Shown here: positions 55,821 through 64,000 of the stretch, in pieces
Numbering within the stretch: position 1 is the stretch's first letter
How the letters are laid out: the number at the start of each line of letters is the position of its first letter
DNA from: Octopus vulgaris
Lineage: Eukaryota
Length of the DNA: 64,000 bases
Assembly (NCBI GenBank): GCA_951406725.2
Contig: OX597825.1
Location: 3,286,001-3,350,000 of the forward strand
Direction of reading: 5' to 3'
Made by a program: the position numbers and the translations under genes
Notes under the pieces: generated by a model
Seen by the model: only the letters and a program-made list of their open reading frames with translations
The model's database searches: none
Told to the model about the DNA's origin: nothing

Positions 55821-55994
55821 TACAGGACACCACAAATAAACGTAGACCACAACGAGAAAGCAAAACATAAAAACAAACTAGGAAACGGACTTTTTTTTAA
55901 CAACGAAAAACAGAGTACAAGACAAACAATACAAGGAATATTCCCCTTCATCAGCTGCCCCTGGTTCGACTCAATGCGTGTTTCCAAGGTAACG

Positions 55995-56253
<259 letters not shown>

Positions 56254-57314
56254 AATTTTTTGTGTATATAAAGAAATGTAAATAGGAACAAAAAAAACGT
56301 TTTCTTTTTAAAGAAGTAGAAGTCATCATCGAAGACAAAAATTTCTCAAAGTGGGAAGCAATCTACAGCGACTTCTTATTGGAACAGCCAAACTGGCGAA
56401 CAAATTGACCCATGCAGAGTCAAAGACATGGTTCTTAATACGAAATTGGACTATTTGTCACAGTATATTGGAGTAGTTAATTTCAGTCTGGATAATGAAA
56501 ATATGTTTAGATTATTTACATACAGACATACACACACAAAGACGCACATCTACTTAGAGATACATTAACATACAATATATATATGTATATATATATATAT
56601 AGGTATTGAACCACATTTTGTAAATAAGCATGTGTTAATTGATTTTCCGAACATAATTTCTACAATGCCTTCTATTGTGAAGCAAGTTTGTTTAATGTTG
56701 TACTTTTGTGTTTTTTATAATACCACTATGTATAGGTAACTAAACCTTACAAACTAGCAGCTTCCCCGGCTGTGTTATCTTCTGTGTTCGTTTTTAAATT
56801 CCACTATATTTGTATTAAAAATTGTCTTTCATTCATCGGGTTTGATGAAAATAAATAACAGAGATACTTGGGGCCAATAATTTCAACTATTCACCTCGCA
56901 TTATAATGGAAACTTAAAAACAGTGATCAAAAACCATGACCTTATGTTTCGGTTTTCTACATATAAATTCATTGCCATATAAAATCTATAAATAATAACA
57001 TATTTTTATTTGAGGATTATGAAACTAAACAAAGGATTTTAAAATGTTTGTCGCAGAACTGGGCCATCTAGTGAGTTTAAAAAATCTGAAGTGCAGTACA
57101 ATGGATTGGCAAACCTATAAATATTAATGGGGATTTTATGACGAATAGCACTAAGGGCTAAATGTGTCAGGTTATTGAATACCTTCGTTTATCGGGATGT
57201 ATTGCAGCAAGTACGTATATATTCACAGAGATAGTGAGGTTTTAGGTACCTGTTTTACAACATAAACATAATCATTTGGAACTCGCTCCCTGCACGTGTA
57301 CGTACGCACATACG

Positions 57315-57348
<34 letters not shown>

Positions 57349-57545
57349 TATATATATGTATATATATACACACACATATATATATTAGTATATATAAATA
57401 CACGCATAAGCGCACACTGAGACGTATATGTGAAATATAGCATATATACACAAACACACACGCACATATATATTTATATATGTATATCTATATATATATA
57501 TATCTCTCTTTCTCTCTCTCTCTCTATATATATATATATACACAT

Positions 57546-57581
<36 letters not shown>

Positions 57582-57728
57582 GTGTACATATATGTACATA
57601 TATATATATATTCATATATATATATATATGGAGAGAGAGAATGGGTATAGAGAAAGGGAGTGAAGAATGTAGGAGTACAAGTGTGCATATATAAACATGC
57701 GCACAACACTCTTGATTATATACATTTG

Positions 57729-57759
<31 letters not shown>

Positions 57760-58218
57760 ACGGAGTAAATCAGTGAACGAGTGTATGTGTGATATTATGA
57801 GGTCATATATGTATATACAAAAAGCGTCTGTGTAGGCAATGTGAATATATACGTGTGAACGGGCAATGCAGTAAATATTTGAAACACATCCTTTGAAATA
57901 TCACTGAAGCACTTAGCAGAATGTCCATAACGCACATACCCCTATGTTCAATGATACTCGAACACAGTGAGAAATATCCATCGCCGTGAATATTATTACA
58001 AAAAAAAACAGAACCGTATAAAAAGTGCTTTAGCATTGTTACTGTTAATAACAACGCAGCGGATCAAAGATTTTTCTGTGTACATTTTTATTTTACTTTT
58101 TGCTTCTTTTTTGCTTGTTTTGTTTGTTTACCCCCTTTCCTTTATTTTCTGATTATTTACGTTTATAATTCTACTGATAAGCTTTACAACATTGAACACT
58201 TGTAACATTCTGCAACAT

Positions 58219-58232
58219 ATTGTCATGGCAAC
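58219..58232. promoter_or_regulatory. RFX X-box-like motif
   Basis: ATTGTC-AT-GGCAAC fits RYYNYY-AT-RRNRAC and has a perfect GGCAAC half-site. Confidence 0.4.
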
Positions 58233-58369
58233 GCACAATAGATAATAATTTTATCTTTATGCATTTATTTATTTGTTCAGCACCTCTAACATGTTCAAAT
58301 CAAACCAGGGTGTTCATATTATGTTAATACAACATGGTGATAGTTAAAATTTTTCCGAGTTTGATGTTT

Positions 58370-58725
58370 CACACTCGCTTTCGCATTTTCGCTGTTTTAT
58401 TTTATTTCCCATGTGTGTATGTGTACATGTGTGCTAGTGTGTTTGTATTTGTGCGTTTGTCTGCGTATGTGTATGTGATTATTATTTTTTTTTTTCCTCA
58501 GAGAAATGACAAACAAAATCTTGGTTTTATTGTTGTTGTCACTATCGTTGTTCTTTGTGCGTTTATGCGAGTGAATTTGAGCAAGTTTGCGAGTGAGCGT
58601 CAGCGAGAGATTATGTGAGCGTTTGCGGGTTTCTGCTTCTGTTTCTGTGTGCTTGTGGTTGTGTGAGAGAGTGTGAAAGAGACAGAGAGAGAAAAGGGGA
58701 GGGGAAAGCAAGCAAGACACAGAGC

Positions 58726-58757
<32 letters not shown>

Positions 58758-59114
58758 AGCGAGTTGTGTGATTATGCCATTGTTTGCCAAACGTTGTTCT
58801 TGTTGATGTTGCGGTTTATATCGCTCTCACCTTTGTTTCTGTTGTTTTTTCTATTTATTTTTAGTAACAAAGTGCTTTTTTTATTATTATTCGTTCATAT
58901 TTTTAAAGAATGGAAACCATTGATATTTCTGTTCCATAATAACATTCTCCTGGGAATTGCTCTTATTATATGAGGTGGCTGTGGAAGTTTGTAAATTCGT
59001 GTGAGAATTTCTGTGCGTGTTTGTGTGAAAGTAATCGTGTGTTTGTGAATATGCCTCAGTAGAACCGTGTCTGTCTCTCTGAATGCGTATAATTCTCTAG
59101 CTGTTGAAGATTTT
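58370..59114 (+). other. Putative non-coding 5' exon or promoter-proximal region of an unidentified gene
   Basis: Locally CpG-richer and TG/GA-skewed unique sequence with a (GA)n tract, ending at a GTAAGT donor at 59115. No credible ORF; the left boundary is a guess. Confidence 0.35.
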
Positions 59115-59304
59115 GTAAGTATATATATACAAAATACATAATCCGGATGAACATGAATTGCATATAGAGATGTTCATAGACGCGTTTTCGTGTGGTACGT
59201 ATGTTATGTTTATATATTATCTCTGCGGGTATGAAAATAAAATGATGTTCTTCATCATATTAAAAGCATTGATTTTGCATATATGTAGTTTACACACAAT
59301 TATT

Positions 59305-59349
59305 TGAATATATATATATATATACATAAATAGATACACATATACACAC

Positions 59350-59411
<62 letters not shown>

Positions 59412-59484
59412 TGTGTGTGTGTATATGTGTATGCGTTAGCAAAAAAAAATATTGGATGATATATAACATAGGTCGATGTGTATG

Positions 59485-59553
<69 letters not shown>

Positions 59554-59633
59554 TGTATATATATATATATATATATATGTATATTTATATACATATATAT
59601 GTATATATATATATATATATACATATATATAAG

Positions 59634-59677
<44 letters not shown>

Positions 59678-59678
59678 T
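59305..59678. repeat. TA/GA microsatellite field
   Basis: Direct reading. Confidence 0.95.
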
Positions 59679-61766
59679 GGATGTATAAATATTTACAGAG
59701 CTATTTCATGTGTGTGTTTGTGCCTCTGTATGTGTGTGTACGTGAGTACTTGTGTGTGCTTTTGCACACATACATATATTAATGCTTTTGTCTTTGGAAA
59801 ATCACAGGCATTCTCACCCAAACACATACGCCTAAGCACAATATATTCATGTATTTAAGTCATAAATATAGATGGGAGTCGATCAATTGCGTGTTTCCTG
59901 CAGCTTTTGACAGCGAAAACGCGAAATAAAATATATAGTGTTACACCGTTTTTTTTGTTTTCTTCTAGTTACAACATAGCAGCATACATCCATGTCATAA
60001 CAGTATACATACAGATATATCAGATATATCATTGAATGACAGCGATTATGGATGTGTATAACTGCGTGCATTGATATTGTGTCTTTGGTAGTACAATAAT
60101 ATGCATGCAATATCTCCTTTACGCTAAGAATTCTTTGTTTACTTTAAGTCATTATTTAGTAATGTGTGTGTCTATTTTCGTTCCTCTTTCGAAATTTATA
60201 GTAAATAATTAAATAAACAGATGTTACATCCTTAAGATTTTTGGTTCGTTTTTTCTATAAAATTACTACAGAGCTTTATAAAGAATAAACGTTTAACTCG
60301 TTACTGAAAGATTTATGTCATTCGTTGATACGTTTTTATTCTGTTCACGTTCGCCAGTCTAGATTTTCGATACTATTTCTTATTTAAATAATCTATAAGG
60401 AGTTAATCGAACACCGGTCACTCCAAGCTAAGGTATAGATTACAGATTTAGTTGGGAAATAATTTTTGCTGACAAGATTTATATTCCTGCTCCTCTATCT
60501 CTTTCCAAACGTCCCACCGCTTGCACTTACCCGTAAATTTCAAAGATGTCAATAAACAGTTGTAGTATAAAAGACAGAGCTTAGCTATTTACATATATTT
60601 AGTGTGATTCTAGATGTGTGTGTGTGTGCCCGTGTGTGCAAGTGCGTGCAAGTGTATGGCCGTGTTCGTTCTAACTACTGGATATTATGCCGATCAATTG
60701 TGTACTCCTACAGCGCTGAAGTCATTAAACTTCTCCGTCATACAATTCTTAAACATATACACCATCCTATTTTTGTAGTCTTTCAGCTTAAAGTAGTATA
60801 CTCATCTCCGAAATTATCTTGCCGTACCATTGTATAGAATGAACTTGCAGCTTAATCTTACAAGGTTTCGTACTGGAGAAAGGAATAAAAAAGAAAACGA
60901 AATAATGGCACACGAAATTTTTGCTTGAAAGTGTTCGATGTTCAAATATGGTTCCATATGTGTGTAGTCATAATATCATCGTTGTTGTTGCTGCTGCTTT
61001 CTTTACTACTATTACTGCTGTTCATGTTGGTCTTGCTAATGTAGTAAGTTTGCCTTTTATTGCCTTCAAAATTGTGTTTGGATAATATATTTTATGTAAA
61101 AGTCGTGCAACAACTAATACATTCGGTTGTGCGAATTCTTTGCACGGGAAACCTGCCCTGTGTGGCGTTTCCCGATTTTGTAAATTTGGTTTTCGGCTTT
61201 CTGAGCCATTTCTGTTGTGAGTATGGCGACTTCAAGCCATGAAGTCGTCGATGAAAATGTCACTGGTCTCCTTGACAACGCTTACGACTTTGATTTCCCT
61301 ACCCTGCCTTCCCCACAGCTTCATGAAGGAAGGAGGGAGGGGAGGAGCCTCACAGCTGCAGTTGTGAGCATGAACGCTTTTGTTGGAGTTGTCACGTGTC
61401 GTGCGGCTGTTGGCGACGTCGCTATTAATGTTGCTGGTGGTGGTGTTGGTGGTGGTGGTTTGTTATTCTACGTTGGTTCTTTGCAAAAGTCAAAGGGAGT
61501 GGCAACCGATACGCATGGCTGACTACAATGCTTCGGGTCGACTGAACACGTGGAAGCAGATAGATTTTCTCTTACACCCATTCCCCTGTTTAGAGAACTG
61601 ATGTCCATGTTGTGTAAAAGGAGAGACTGAAATATATGTCCGAGAAAGTTTTTGGAACGGATTCTCCGCCCGTTCTGAGACTGAAAGCAAGTGAAACTCT
61701 TTCAGAAGATACTTGCATACATCTGCTAAAAAATAATTACAATTTCAGCTGTCGAAAACGGCAAAA

Positions 61767-61963
<197 letters not shown>

Positions 61964-63214
61964 CTTCAAAATTCAAGATGATGGAAATTCAAATCTAAAA
62001 TATGAACGAGATCAACCAGTTTCCACACGTTGATGGAATGATATCATAAGTCTTCATCGACATTCAATTTCATAACTGCGAAAAGAAAAAGAGAGAAAAA
62101 TGGAAAGAAAAAAGGAAAGGAAAACGAAGAAAAATATTCAATCAAAGAGTTTTGTATAAATTTGATGAAATTCTCCTCCTGTCATTTTATTAATTAATAA
62201 CCCGCAAATATATTTCTCCTCGTGCATTTTGAGAATTGGACGGCAAGCAGATTCGGAATATTTTCTGAGGAATATGCACTTTCAAGTCTTTTCCAAAATT
62301 GCGACCATTTGAAGCAAAATGTTCGACAATTTCTTTTGCACTACTGTTATTGTGCCTATTAAATCTTTTGTTTAATTATTCTGTTGTACAACCAGCATAA
62401 ATCAAGTTCTGATTCATGCATCTTGACGTGTACACCAAGTGGGAATATCTACATGTACCACCTTCTGCATAGATCATAACATTTCTATTATGATTCCTGA
62501 ATGAATTCACTTGACTCATGTTGTTCTACAATAAACAGGGCTTACCTCTCTTACGGCTGTTCTTCATGGTACAGAGTAATATACTCCAATGTTAGTTTTA
62601 TTGGAGTAAGAAATAGAGGTCAATAGATCACTTATATTATTATTCCATCGACAGGCTACAATTGTGGCTGAGGAAATATGTGTTTGAAACGGGGATATTT
62701 TCCCGCAAGATGCTGCTAACTTTCATGCAACACTCTTGAAATAACAGCGAAATTTCGGTGCCAGCTAATTAGTAACGAAATTCTGTCACATCGTAAATTT
62801 TATGTTGGACTTCAAGCCGTAGTTTTTAGCACAACAGTCACACAAATGCAAGAAGTCAGTTAAACTACCCTGTGATACTCCCAGACAAACAAGACGACAT
62901 CAATGAACCGTAACCAGGTTCTTGGTTCATGACCATGTAGGGATTCTGAATGTCTTAAGTAACCGTGTCTCGAATTTCGTCATGAAGACATTAGCAAAAT
63001 TAACTGCCGTGGGGGTAGGCATGGTGCAATCCCTCCTCTGGTGGTAAAATGTTTGTCCAAACTTCATTGCGTTCGTTCATAATTTAGATTTAAATTTCTA
63101 TCCTTTTGAATTTTTCTGACATTTTATTTTGAACTCGACTAAGACAGGTTTGCAGTCGAAATATCGTTGAACCAATAAAATATCTATTGCAATCGCACCT
63201 CGCTTTTCGTCTTT

Positions 63215-63224
63215 AATAATAATA

Positions 63225-63256
<32 letters not shown>

Positions 63257-63321
63257 GGTGGTGGCAGTGATGGTGGTGGTGGTGGTAGTGGTGGTAGTGA
63301 TGGTGTTGTTGTTGGTGGTGG

Positions 63322-63361
<40 letters not shown>

Positions 63362-63380
63362 AACAGCAACAACAACAAAA
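63215..63380. repeat. (AAT)/(GAT)/(GGT)/(AAC) compound microsatellite
   Basis: Direct reading. Confidence 0.95.
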
Positions 63381-64000
63381 ATATTATTAATAGTAACACT
63401 CTAAAATATGCAAAAGTGCAGCAAATTTAAGGAATGTGAGAAGTCAATTACATCGAAAGTTTCTCTTCTCTTCAACTTATTCCATAGACCTCCGAAAAAT
63501 GGAACCAATAATGACCTCGGCAAAGGTAGAAGCAATTTCGTTAAGCGTTTTGTCTCGCGAAGTAGGAATTTTACAATGGATATGTATTAATGCCTTCACA
63601 TGTACTAGAAACATTAGCATTTTAATTTTGTTTCAAACACGTTTGCCTGTTTAAATTTTGCTCAATATTATGGGTTGATAATTGATTTATTTTCATATTT
63701 TATGCTCATTAATTTATGTTTGTCTTCCTTGTAAGTAATCGTCAACGTTGCGCTCGTTTCGCTTCAGGTCACCTCTTGTAATTCCCCAATTCAATGATGT
63801 AAAATACTTTACTGCCGCACCTATTACGATTTAACTATTTCTTTCATGCAGTAAAAGTGATTTTGGGGTCGCGTTATCCAAAATTTACTTCATAAAAATG
63901 TGTTCGATATTAAGGACTTATGACTACTACAGAAATAAGGCCGAGTTATATCCAAAGGCGTTGGCTTTGTGCGTTGGCTCATTATAATAATATACTGTAT

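Noticed and set aside
56753-57260. actagcag..cccggc, resembling a Helentron/HINE start
   Set aside because: The subterminal inverted repeat and 3' hairpin were not found.

Overview
This is AT-rich eukaryotic (metazoan) non-coding DNA with no intact protein-coding gene that I can support. The very dense di- and trinucleotide microsatellites and the four recurring tRNA-derived SINE families point to a coleoid cephalopod, most likely Octopus (an inference from repeat style, not a database result). The window is largely a transposon graveyard. It holds R4/Dong-like RLE non-LTR retrotransposon fragments sitting in (TAA)n tracts, a Penelope-like GIY-YIG remnant with hammerhead-like relics elsewhere, Tc1 and mariner remnants, an internally deleted Chapaev3-like element, and about 15 SINE copies. 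Almost all long ORFs in the supplied track are microsatellite artefacts. A probable promoter and non-coding first exon (X-box, GA tract, GTAAGT donor) lies at about 58.2-59.1 kb. I found no convincing novel multi-gene system. The best leads are microsatellite-targeted retroelements, hammerhead-like relics, long hairpins and two unexplained coding-like relics.
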